This document shows positions 38,144 through 46,555 of a stretch of 64,000 bases of DNA, piece after piece. The stretch lies in sequence record MT710307.1; one strand, 5' to 3'. Below the pieces are notes generated by a model. The model ran no database searches. It had not been told where the DNA came from and saw nothing but the letters and a program-made list of their open reading frames with translations. How positions within the stretch are numbered: the first letter of the stretch is position 1; each line of letters begins with the position of its first letter. A program made the position numbers and the translations under genes.

Positions 38144-38905
38144 ATGAGAGAGATAACGAAAGAGGTGCTAGATGGCACGTATGACCAACCGCTCGGGCGT
38201 GGTGTATTAGACTGGCGTATCTTAGATCTGGCCCCCATGGAAACAAAACACATTGTTGAAGTGGGGCGTTGGCGTGTGTACCTAAAACGTCATCGTATCG
38301 AGGAAACGGCACTGCTGATTTCCGTTGACCGCTTTGGGGAGGTGGAAGAACCACTGAATCTGCTTCCCGATGTGCTGGATGTCAAAGCAGTCTTTGCTTA
38401 CTCGACGACGACTGCGGATGAAGCCCTTAAACGAATAGGGTTTGATCTGCACGCAGTGAAGTATATCATCCCGCCACGCGAGGGCATCAGGCCACCGCCG
38501 AAGATGATTGAAAACTGCCTGTTGACGGACCAAGAAGCGGCGTCCTTTAAACTGGCCGCCATTGAAGAAGAAAGCATCCGTAAAGCGGCGGAAGCGTACG
38601 GTATGGGAACAGCTGCGTTTCATCGTGTTGATTTTGGGCACGGACGTACGGCAGTTGCGCTTATCAATATCGTCGATGAACATGCCACACTGCTGACGCA
38701 TTGGGCAAGTGACTTCCAATCGCAAATGACGGTTGCTGACATCTTTAACTACATTGCCTCCTGCCAGAAGAACGGCGGGGAGTACGTGGTTAACCGTCAA
38801 ACGTTCGATGACCCAACCCCTCTGGTGGAAACGCTGGAAACCCTCAACACCTCAACACGCGGTGTTTATATTATCACAAAAGGAGTATCTGCCCATGCAA
38901 ACTAG
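38144..38905 (+). CDS. Hypothetical protein, possible degenerate tandem GNAT fold (253 aa)
   Basis: AGGAGG RBS; EALKRIGFD motif-B-like; two-domain layout like upstream gene. Confidence 0.4.
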   Translation: MREITKEVLDGTYDQPLGRGVLDWRILDLAPMETKHIVEVGRWRVYLKRHRIEETALLISVDRFGEVEEPLNLLPDVLDVKAVFAYSTTTADEALKRIGFDLHAVKYIIPPREGIRPPPKMIENCLLTDQEAASFKLAAIEEESIRKAAEAYGMGTAAFHRVDFGHGRTAVALINIVDEHATLLTHWASDFQSQMTVADIFNYIASCQKNGGEYVVNRQTFDDPTPLVETLETLNTSTRGVYIITKGVSAHAN

Positions 38906-39191
38906 CATTAATCGTTCTGTCGCGCGTTCTAAAGAAGTGGTTTACGATGTGGTCTCTGGTGAAAAGACCCTGTTCCGTGCGGTGATTGTCGAGAACAACG
39001 AACTGCTCGTGGTCTATCCGGGTGGTGAGTTCTCTAAAGCGGAAAAAGTGGCACTGGATAAACTCATCACCAAAGCGAAACACCGCGACGGGATTTCTAT
39101 CCACCGTGTGGTCAATGGACGCGAGTTAGTGGAGAACGGCAAAGACTTAGAGGTGCGTCCCGTGAGCACCCAAGTCAACGCCTTTGTATGA
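38895..39191 (+). CDS. Hypothetical protein (98 aa)
   Basis: AAGGAG RBS, ATG 38895. Confidence 0.7.
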   Translation: MQTSINRSVARSKEVVYDVVSGEKTLFRAVIVENNELLVVYPGGEFSKAEKVALDKLITKAKHRDGISIHRVVNGRELVENGKDLEVRPVSTQVNAFV

Positions 39192-39218
39192 CACCACTAA
39201 CGTTATAGAGGAATCGCA

Positions 39219-39719
39219 ATGGATGTTATCGATTTCGAACAGCTTCCACAGCACGACTTCGACCTCGGCGTCCGTGACATGGATTGCGGCTTCGAAGAAA
39301 AGGCGCGTGCGCTGTTCCAGAAATACGGCGAACTGATTATGGGCACCGACCATCCAGACATCACACTGGATGAGTTCGAGAAACTGATCGTTGGTCTCAT
39401 CACGACCCGTGCACAGGACAGAGCGTTGCTGAACGAGTTGAACTTTACCACCGTGTCCCCCGCGGATGCTGCCGGTATCTTGTCGCAGTCTATCGTTCCG
39501 AACGATGAGATTCTCGACAAGGTTGCTGCGCTACGTGGCCCGTTCGACACAGCGGTAGAAGACTATGCGCAGCAGTTAGCAGAATCGGAATACGCGATGG
39601 TCGCCCCTGAGGGTGAACAGTTGCCATCTGATGAGCAAACTGAAACTGCCCGTCTGCGTCTTGCGCGATATGTCATTACCAGTGTGCTGGTTGATGACCG
39701 TGAAGATTGTCAGCTCTAA
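39219..39719 (+). CDS. Acidic hypothetical protein (166 aa)
   Basis: GAGG RBS; terminator follows. Confidence 0.75.
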   Translation: MDVIDFEQLPQHDFDLGVRDMDCGFEEKARALFQKYGELIMGTDHPDITLDEFEKLIVGLITTRAQDRALLNELNFTTVSPADAAGILSQSIVPNDEILDKVAALRGPFDTAVEDYAQQLAESEYAMVAPEGEQLPSDEQTETARLRLARYVITSVLVDDREDCQL

Positions 39720-39727
39720 TGAAATGG

Positions 39728-39757
39728 CCTCACCTTCGGGTGAGGTTTATTTTTTTT
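39728..39757 (+). terminator. Intrinsic terminator (UUCG)
   Basis: CCTCACC-TTCG-GGTGAGG plus T-tract. Confidence 0.85.
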
Positions 39758-39817
39758 GCCTTTTTACAGAATAGCACCTATCTATGTCAAACCAAATAAC
39801 CCTGAGGATTAAAAGCA

Positions 39818-40153
39818 ATGTGGCTTAGCGCAATTCACCGTGATTTACCAAAAATCGTTGACTTCGGTACCAGTGTGACTGGCGACCCGAATGTCGAACC
39901 GGTACAAATCGATGTGGGTCTGGCGAAGTTCGACCGCATGGAAGAAGGACAGTTCGTGGTTCTCGATGCCGAAGAGAACGAATACATGCTGTTCCACCCG
40001 GAAGTGGATGCCTCAGGCATCGTTGACGGTGTGTGGTTAGCATCGTGGCACGATAAGTCCACAGACAAGTGGATGTGGGCGCTAGCGAAACAGGTCGGCG
40101 AGAATTCCTTCGTACTGGATACCAATCACCATGTCGAACCCATTCCACACTGA
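39818..40153 (+). CDS. Hypothetical protein (111 aa)
   Basis: GAGG RBS. Confidence 0.7.
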   Translation: MWLSAIHRDLPKIVDFGTSVTGDPNVEPVQIDVGLAKFDRMEEGQFVVLDAEENEYMLFHPEVDASGIVDGVWLASWHDKSTDKWMWALAKQVGENSFVLDTNHHVEPIPH

Positions 40154-40460
40154 TATCCGTGATGAGCTGTCGACAAACGACTACCTCATCCGAATGCAGT
40201 CTGCGTTCCAGCGCCCGTTAGGCGGGCCAATGGAAGCCCGACAAACACTGGCACAAGTCATCGGTGTCGATGACACAGCCGTGCACTTTACGAACATTGA
40301 AACGAAAGTCGATTTCACGATGCCGTTGAACGTGTTCTTACTGGTGCCCGCCGTCGGGATGTTTGTAGAGATTAACCGGGTACATCACCGTATCTTCTGT
40401 TGGCCTGATGCGCGCGACGGGAGAAAGGGTGACGCCGTGCAGCTGCAAATCCGCCTGTAA
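40131..40460 (+). CDS. Hypothetical protein (109 aa)
   Basis: Overlaps previous gene by 23 nt. Confidence 0.6.
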   Translation: MSNPFHTDIRDELSTNDYLIRMQSAFQRPLGGPMEARQTLAQVIGVDDTAVHFTNIETKVDFTMPLNVFLLVPAVGMFVEINRVHHRIFCWPDARDGRKGDAVQLQIRL

Positions 40461-40472
40461 CGTATTACTTTT

Positions 40473-40494
40473 CAGATAGATATTATCTAGGGGA
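40473..40494 (+). promoter_or_regulatory. Putative early promoter
   Basis: CAGATAGATATTATCTAGGGG. Confidence 0.65.
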
Positions 40495-40539
40495 GAAGAT
40501 TGTTTTCTCCCCCACATTTTAATCTATAAGGAGTATCTC

Positions 40540-41124
40540 ATGTACAATTACGTTGTGTTGGGCCGCAAAGGTAGCATCGTCAGATTCGTCTTTAAATCTG
40601 ACCCGCCCGCCAAGCCGCGCGCGTTGGATTTAGCGGGCTTCGATTATAAAGGCATCCGCAAAGGCGTACAGCTGCACTTCGACGGTGATGTGAAACCGGA
40701 GAACCTTTTGTATTCTGGCGATGTGAAACCGAGAAAGCTTGTGGCTATCGGTAAGAAGAAACCCGCGAAGACTGCAAAAGAAAGCAAAAAGGCACCGAAG
40801 GTTGACCCGATCTTCGTCGTTATTAAACGCGTGAAACAGGTCATCGAATATAAGATCTGCGGGGACGAGTCTGCGGAGCTGTTGAACGAGACTCTGAAGA
40901 TTAGCCTCGCTGGTTACGACTACAGAAAGCTGCGTAAGGACATGACCTTCCAGTTTGAAGGTGGTAAGGTTGCAGCGGAGAACATCCGCTACTGGCCGTT
41001 CCGCGGCACTTCAAATAAGCTGCCGTTGCCGAAGCTTGAAGAAGTTGCACCTAAAGCGAAATCCGCTGCGGTGTCTAAGCGCGGTGCCACACCCAACGTG
41101 TCTATCCTGCGTAAGCACTTCTGA
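40540..41124 (+). CDS. Basic early protein with internally duplicated domain (194 aa)
   Basis: LAGFDYKGIRKGVQLHFDG..KPENLLY versus LAGYDYRKLRKDMTFQFEG..AAENIRY. Confidence 0.75.
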   Translation: MYNYVVLGRKGSIVRFVFKSDPPAKPRALDLAGFDYKGIRKGVQLHFDGDVKPENLLYSGDVKPRKLVAIGKKKPAKTAKESKKAPKVDPIFVVIKRVKQVIEYKICGDESAELLNETLKISLAGYDYRKLRKDMTFQFEGGKVAAENIRYWPFRGTSNKLPLPKLEEVAPKAKSAAVSKRGATPNVSILRKHF

Positions 41125-41131
41125 TCAGTAC

Positions 41132-41168
41132 GTCCTACTCCTTCGGGAGTAGGACTGTTTTATTTTTT
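41132..41168 (+). terminator. Intrinsic terminator (UUCG)
   Basis: GTCCTACTCC-TTCG-GGAGTAGGAC plus T-tract. Confidence 0.9.
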
Positions 41169-41179
41169 AAGGACTGTCG

Positions 41180-41707
41180 ATGACTACTTTTATTGCGGGC
41201 AAGAACTACCTCGCCGCAGACCGTGCGGTAATGAAAAACCGAATGGTATTTGAAGATGCGAAGATTCGCACTATCAAAGGGCGCATCGCGTACTTCTTTG
41301 GTTCAGAGCATCCCACGCCAGACGAACGCAAGTTGCTGGAAAAGCATATCTACGATTACATCTTCGGTAAGCAGAAAGCCCAAGAGGCAGCAGAGCTGTG
41401 GTTGCTGCACTTCATGGAAAGCAATACGCTGGTTGTGATGACCCGCAAGAAGACGCTGACCTTCAGTGCTATCTCACGGCTTGCTGCGTGGTCGCCGGAG
41501 CTGGGTGCCCCAACCCGCCATACAGGACTTACTGTAACCGAAGACCTGCTTGAAACACCTGTCGTTTATGGCTCGGGTGCAGAGTTGGCACGGGCAGGAT
41601 GGGCATGCGGATTACCGCCTGAGAACATCATTCTCATGGTACAGAAAATAGACCCGATGTCAGGGCATGGCTGCGATGTGGTTTACAGAGAGGACTTGCG
41701 AAAATGA
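41180..41707 (+). CDS. HslV/proteasome-beta-like Ntn threonine peptidase
   Basis: M-TT start, LAAD, AKI (catalytic Lys equivalent), YGSG, and D-P-M-SG near C-end, the canonical order in Thr proteases. Confidence 0.7.
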   Translation: MTTFIAGKNYLAADRAVMKNRMVFEDAKIRTIKGRIAYFFGSEHPTPDERKLLEKHIYDYIFGKQKAQEAAELWLLHFMESNTLVVMTRKKTLTFSAISRLAAWSPELGAPTRHTGLTVTEDLLETPVVYGSGAELARAGWACGLPPENIILMVQKIDPMSGHGCDVVYREDLRK

Positions 41708-42252
41708 GTACCGTTTCTATTGCTGGTTTCGTTGTGAATGGTGTGGTCTACGTCAACACCGCTGTTCAATCCATGCACCTGATGGCACCGTACAACCCCG
41801 AGGCGGGGTTCGATAAACTCGGGTGGTGGTTCCCGAACGACGGACAAGAAAAAATCAGTGACATCTTGGTTAATGGGGACGATTGCGAACGCCATGAGGA
41901 CATTACCTACTCCGGTAGTGTGCTGCGTCACGATGGTCGATTCTACGATGTTAAATTGGCCGGGCCAAACTATCGATTAACTTTCCTCCATCAACCAACC
42001 TCCGTGATGGTCTTTCCAGCCGATACGGAATCGGCGTTTGTGGCGACCTTTATCGAGCACCTGTCCATGCACCCCGATTTGGACACCGAAGGGCCTGAGT
42101 GGAGTGCAGAGCGTATCACGAAGATATTGTCGTGCTTCGGAGGCTGCCACAACTTCATCCCTTTCATGACTCTGGATGAACTCAAAGCCAAAGTCCAAGC
42201 GATGCCAGAGTGTAAATTAGCGCCCTTCCCCCGCCAAAGAAAGCCGGAATAA
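41704..42252 (+). CDS. Hypothetical protein, possible degenerate Ntn-fold partner (182 aa)
   Basis: ATGA-coupled to peptidase, similar size, MSTVSIAGFVVNGVVYVNT resembles the S1-S2 strands; GSG and D..SG absent. Confidence 0.35.
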   Translation: MSTVSIAGFVVNGVVYVNTAVQSMHLMAPYNPEAGFDKLGWWFPNDGQEKISDILVNGDDCERHEDITYSGSVLRHDGRFYDVKLAGPNYRLTFLHQPTSVMVFPADTESAFVATFIEHLSMHPDLDTEGPEWSAERITKILSCFGGCHNFIPFMTLDELKAKVQAMPECKLAPFPRQRKPE

Positions 42253-42313
42253 GAACGCGCAGATTTATAACAACATCACCCCTTTTAATGACAAACACAA
42301 GAGGATTATCATC

Positions 42314-42925
42314 ATGCAATCTGTAGCTCATGCGTTATCCCCAGTTACGTTTCCAAAGTTCACCGGTCTGCAAGTCTACATGTTGCAAGCCACCGCAGGG
42401 ACGCTCGCCGATGTAGCGCCTGAAGGTTATCGTGACCTCGTTAGCAACATGCTGAAAGATGGTAACATTCCTGCGGACACACAGGTCTGGCTGACGGTTG
42501 ATGAGTCGAACGTCAAAGCCGGTAAGAAGCAACGTCGTGGCGGTGCACACATCGATGGCAACTACGACCTCTTTGCGGGTGACTGGTGCACCGGTAGTTC
42601 TGGCTGGTTAAACGGGGTGCCGGGACGTGAACTGACGCTTGAAGAACACCATCGCAGTTATCAGGAGTTCGGTGGTGGGATGCTGATTGCCTCCAACCAT
42701 GCAGCCTGTCAGGTGTGGGAAGGGGAAGTGAACGGTATTCCTGGTCAAGGTGGCGACTGTGAGCATCTTCGTGACCAACTGGAAACGCTCCCGACCTATC
42801 TGATGGAAAGTAACCGAACGTACCTGACGAACTCACAGTGTGTGCACGAGTCGTTACCATTAAAAGTTGACTTTCCACGTCAGCTTGTGCGCATCACCCT
42901 GTCCGAGCAGTACAAATTTAACTAA
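42314..42925 (+). CDS. 2OG-Fe(II) dioxygenase-like protein
   Basis: RRGGAHIDG (HxD), CVHESLP (distal His), RQLVRIT (2OG-binding Arg). Confidence 0.7.
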   Translation: MQSVAHALSPVTFPKFTGLQVYMLQATAGTLADVAPEGYRDLVSNMLKDGNIPADTQVWLTVDESNVKAGKKQRRGGAHIDGNYDLFAGDWCTGSSGWLNGVPGRELTLEEHHRSYQEFGGGMLIASNHAACQVWEGEVNGIPGQGGDCEHLRDQLETLPTYLMESNRTYLTNSQCVHESLPLKVDFPRQLVRITLSEQYKFN

Positions 42926-42951
42926 TCTAAAACCACAAAGAGAATCAGAAC

Positions 42952-43614
42952 ATGGCGAAGCAAAAGAAAGTACGGAACAAAAAATATAACCCGCAGCAAG
43001 CCCACGCAGAAACAGCCCGTATGGTGGTACAAAACTCATTAGCACGTATCTCCTTTATTGGTGCGTCTAACCGTCGTATTCAACCGTACGGCGGCCGCGG
43101 CTTCCAATTCACCGTCAGTCGTCCGGTACGGGTAACGGTCAGTGCAGCATTGGCTGAAACACTGTTCGAAGACCCACGGACATGGTCGGTGTGGATGGCG
43201 CATTATGCTGTTAATGCGGAAGGTGCCGTGGATGTGGAGTCTGGCGTTCTTCGCTTAGACGAATATACCTTGACTGACTTCACGGAAAACGTAGACAAGT
43301 TAGTGGAGCACATGAAACCTGAACACATGATGGATAACCCGGACTACGTGGGCTATGCATTCTTTGCTTCACCGAATGAGCGTTACGATTTCACGCACGA
43401 CACCACGGACGAACGTTTGATTGAAAACTTCATGGCGTCGGGTGTGTTAGAGAAAGAGAACCATCTTCCGCAACACGTTCTGAATGTTACCAAAGAAGAA
43501 CTTATTATCATGCTCATGGCAGACCACGCCAAGTTTGATACCAACATCAGTATTCACCAGCGCGGCGAAGGTGATGATTACCAAGTCGCAAATAAGCAAG
43601 TTATCGGAGAGTAA
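42952..43614 (+). CDS. Hypothetical protein with basic KKVRNKKYNP N-terminus (220 aa)
   Basis: ORF in operon upstream of HslU. Confidence 0.7.
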   Translation: MAKQKKVRNKKYNPQQAHAETARMVVQNSLARISFIGASNRRIQPYGGRGFQFTVSRPVRVTVSAALAETLFEDPRTWSVWMAHYAVNAEGAVDVESGVLRLDEYTLTDFTENVDKLVEHMKPEHMMDNPDYVGYAFFASPNERYDFTHDTTDERLIENFMASGVLEKENHLPQHVLNVTKEELIIMLMADHAKFDTNISIHQRGEGDDYQVANKQVIGE

Positions 43615-43617
43615 GAA

Positions 43618-44184
43618 ATGAAGTTCTGGGAGCGCTTTTGTCGCTTGTTTAAAGATGTCCCTGAGGCCCAGTCCGACGGTGACCGTTATACCCAAATCGT
43701 GCGTGACTACTTCAATGCAGGTAATCACAACGTCGTGGAACTCTGTGATGCCATTGGCATGACACCGCGCTCACTGTACTTTGCGGTTAACGACGACAAC
43801 GTCCGGGCGAACATTCTGCCCCGCCTCCCTGAAAAGATGCGGATGGAATTGCGTGATGAGCTGACCGCGCGTGCGTTCAGTCGTCAGGCCGTCTCGTTAA
43901 TTCGTCCGAGCACCGCGAAGTACGATTTTGACAACCTCAATGAGTTACTGGCACACGTACACGAATTGTTCGAAACCTACCGCATCGAACGTGGCGAGAA
44001 AGTGGACCCCTCTATCAAGGCGTACATCCACTCTCTTACACCGCGTACGGTGCGTATTGCCTTCGTAGGCAGTGGTCACGAATTCAATGTGGGTATCATT
44101 GAAGGTATTAACGTTGTGCAGCAAAACCTGCTTATGGTGAATTATGGAAAACTTAACGCCCGTGGAAATCGTCAATGTTTTTAA
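43618..44184 (+). CDS. Hypothetical protein (188 aa)
   Basis: GGAG RBS; 41-nt overlap with HslU. Confidence 0.7.
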   Translation: MKFWERFCRLFKDVPEAQSDGDRYTQIVRDYFNAGNHNVVELCDAIGMTPRSLYFAVNDDNVRANILPRLPEKMRMELRDELTARAFSRQAVSLIRPSTAKYDFDNLNELLAHVHELFETYRIERGEKVDPSIKAYIHSLTPRTVRIAFVGSGHEFNVGIIEGINVVQQNLLMVNYGKLNARGNRQCF

Positions 44185-45877
44185 CCGTTATGTCCACGGT
44201 CAAGAACTGGCGAAAAAGATGTTGGCGATTGCTCTGCGTAACCGCGTACGGGTAGCATTGCTACCCCTCGGTGAACGTAACAGCGTTCGTAAACAGAATC
44301 TGTTGTTACTGGGGCCAACTGGCTGCGGTAAAACGGCGCTGATGCGCGTACTGAAAACGCAGTTTGGGTTACCTGTCTTAGAGCAGGACATGACGGGCTT
44401 CTCCGAGACGGGCTACGTGGGGCGTAATCTCAATACCGTGGGGACGGACTTACAAACCCTCACGCGTACAATCGCTTTGCCGGACTGGTACGTAGAAATG
44501 CGCACCGGAATGCAACTCGAAAAAGACGAGCAGCGCTATACCCGCGAAGAACTCAAAGCGTTAGAAGAGAAAGAGTACGAAGTGGAAAGTGCTGCACGCC
44601 AAGCGGAATGGGAAGCAGGACGTGATGCTAAAAAGCAACACGAACAAACCCTGAAAGACTTGGGCGTGTTCCCGGACGATGATACGTACAACCATTATCG
44701 CATGGTCTATTACATGCGTGCGTTTTTGGTGGGGTATCATGCACTAAAGAACCTGCCGTACGATGTCATTGATTTCGCGGATATCGAAATGATTCATGGG
44801 CAGAAGCTCATTGATGTCGCGAAGACTGTGGTTGGCCTTGTCGAGAAAATGGCGGGTAGACCGATCAACAGTATCGATGACCTCAATGAGGATCTCAGCG
44901 ACCGCACCGATGAGATGATGGAGAACAACCCCGCGTTGTTAGGCGAGTTCATGGGACTGATGGCCTACAACGAAGTGCTGGAAGCCATTATGGAACTTGG
45001 CACCGATCGCCTCAGCAGTAACCCAGTGGCGGCCTGTGTCTCCTCTGGTGACTGGTACGACGTCGCGCACTCTTTCGATGAAGCTGATGAACGTGACATC
45101 CCGCCCGGCATTGCTTGGCGTCCGATGGACTTCACGGAGTTTGCGCTCTACATCTGTGTGATGTTGGTGCGTGACCCGGAAGGTCTGGAGGAAGTCTTCG
45201 AAGACTGTGATGACTTCACCCGCTTTGCCGACAAGAAACTTTGGAGCTACACCGTCCCTAAACCGGAAGTGGTGCAGCCTAAAGGGAAGCGCAATGTGTT
45301 GTCGAAGAAAGACCTCGACAAGGTGGCGAACTGTAACGGTCGCGACTTCGTGGAGAATTTCGGTGTGGTGTTCTTAGATGAGATTGACAAACTCATTGAA
45401 ACGGATACCACGGGACGGACACATGTCTCCCGCAGTGGTGTGCAGCGCAGTCTGCTCAAGATGGTAGAAGGTGGCCTCTATGCTGGGATTGACACCACGA
45501 ACATTTTGTTTATTGGTGCTGGTTCGTTCGCAGAAGCCCCAGTGACCAAACTGATGCCAGAGTTGCAAGGTCGGTTTACGTTGCGTGCGGAAATGGAACC
45601 ACTTGACAAAGAAGCGATGATCGCAATTTGTCGAATGGACAGCAGCGAGTTCCATGCGATGGTGCGTCTCTTGCGAATCGAAGGGGTGAAAGTCAATTAC
45701 GACCTTGACACCTTTGAGTACATTGCAGAGAAAACCGTTGAAGCAAACTCGGTCGATGACCTCGGTGCACGCCGTTTAGCCGCGATTGTCGAAGCGTTGT
45801 TCCAAGATGCGTTGTACGAACCCAACAAATACACCGACAAAGGTTATGACCTGACTGGTCAGAACCTAAGGAAGTAA
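44144..45877 (+). CDS. hslU: HslU (ClpY)-like AAA+ ATPase
   Basis: TPVEIV..GQELAKKMLAIALRNR, GPTGCGKT, GYVG pore loop, VFLDEIDK, GVQRSLL..VEG, PELQGRF, GARRL. Confidence 0.92.
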   Translation: MENLTPVEIVNVFNRYVHGQELAKKMLAIALRNRVRVALLPLGERNSVRKQNLLLLGPTGCGKTALMRVLKTQFGLPVLEQDMTGFSETGYVGRNLNTVGTDLQTLTRTIALPDWYVEMRTGMQLEKDEQRYTREELKALEEKEYEVESAARQAEWEAGRDAKKQHEQTLKDLGVFPDDDTYNHYRMVYYMRAFLVGYHALKNLPYDVIDFADIEMIHGQKLIDVAKTVVGLVEKMAGRPINSIDDLNEDLSDRTDEMMENNPALLGEFMGLMAYNEVLEAIMELGTDRLSSNPVAACVSSGDWYDVAHSFDEADERDIPPGIAWRPMDFTEFALYICVMLVRDPEGLEEVFEDCDDFTRFADKKLWSYTVPKPEVVQPKGKRNVLSKKDLDKVANCNGRDFVENFGVVFLDEIDKLIETDTTGRTHVSRSGVQRSLLKMVEGGLYAGIDTTNILFIGAGSFAEAPVTKLMPELQGRFTLRAEMEPLDKEAMIAICRMDSSEFHAMVRLLRIEGVKVNYDLDTFEYIAEKTVEANSVDDLGARRLAAIVEALFQDALYEPNKYTDKGYDLTGQNLRK

Positions 45878-45879
45878 TA

Positions 45880-46077
45880 ATGCTTGCGATCATCGTAGCA
45901 ATTATCATTGGCTTTTTGATGCTCAGTGTATTGGGTATCTGGATTGCCAAAGTTTCTATACGGTATCACTGGCCGTGGTGGGTTATGTTAGTAGTGGCGC
46001 TGGCACTCGGCGGTCTTCTCGGCAACGTTTACTTTAACTTCGTTATTGTACCACTTTATCAAAATATCGGAAATTGA
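45880..46077 (+). CDS. Small 2-TM membrane protein (65 aa)
   Basis: Two hydrophobic stretches. Confidence 0.7.
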   Translation: MLAIIVAIIIGFLMLSVLGIWIAKVSIRYHWPWWVMLVVALALGGLLGNVYFNFVIVPLYQNIGN

Positions 46078-46081
46078 GAAC

Positions 46082-46555
46082 ATGGAAAAGAAAACTGAAC
46101 GTAACTTGATTGAAATCACAGGCAAGGGCGAAGACAACAACGGCAAGTTCTACTCGGTCGTGTTGTTAGACCAAACCAGAATGAATGCAAACGGTAACCA
46201 ATATAACGGTGATATTGCACATCTGGTGCGGGGTATCAAACGTATGCCGCGACTGTTCTGTGAAATTGACCCGTACCACGATTACCGTTTTCAGTACCCG
46301 GTAAGCGATGACCGTTCTGTGTCCGGACCATGCACCATTGATAACCGCAACGTTTGCGCATCTATCGAAAACATCCGTCACGATAAGATGAACAAGCGTG
46401 TATCCGCCGAGTTGCGTCCGTGGGGACCACATGCCTCTATGGTGCGTGATTTGATGGATGGGGTAAACCAGAACGTGACCTTCGGGATGCGTGCACTGGC
46501 AACCCCTGATGGCAAGATTGATAAAGTCATCACATGGGATTTATTACCAGAATGA
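46082..46555 (+). CDS. Prohead-protease-like protein (phiKZ gp175/T4 gp21 fold), probably inactive
   Basis: NANGNQY, FCEIDP (vs GExGHP), RPWGPH...NVTFGMRA (vs NVxFSxR), ITWD. Confidence 0.6.
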   Translation: MEKKTERNLIEITGKGEDNNGKFYSVVLLDQTRMNANGNQYNGDIAHLVRGIKRMPRLFCEIDPYHDYRFQYPVSDDRSVSGPCTIDNRNVCASIENIRHDKMNKRVSAELRPWGPHASMVRDLMDGVNQNVTFGMRALATPDGKIDKVITWDLLPE

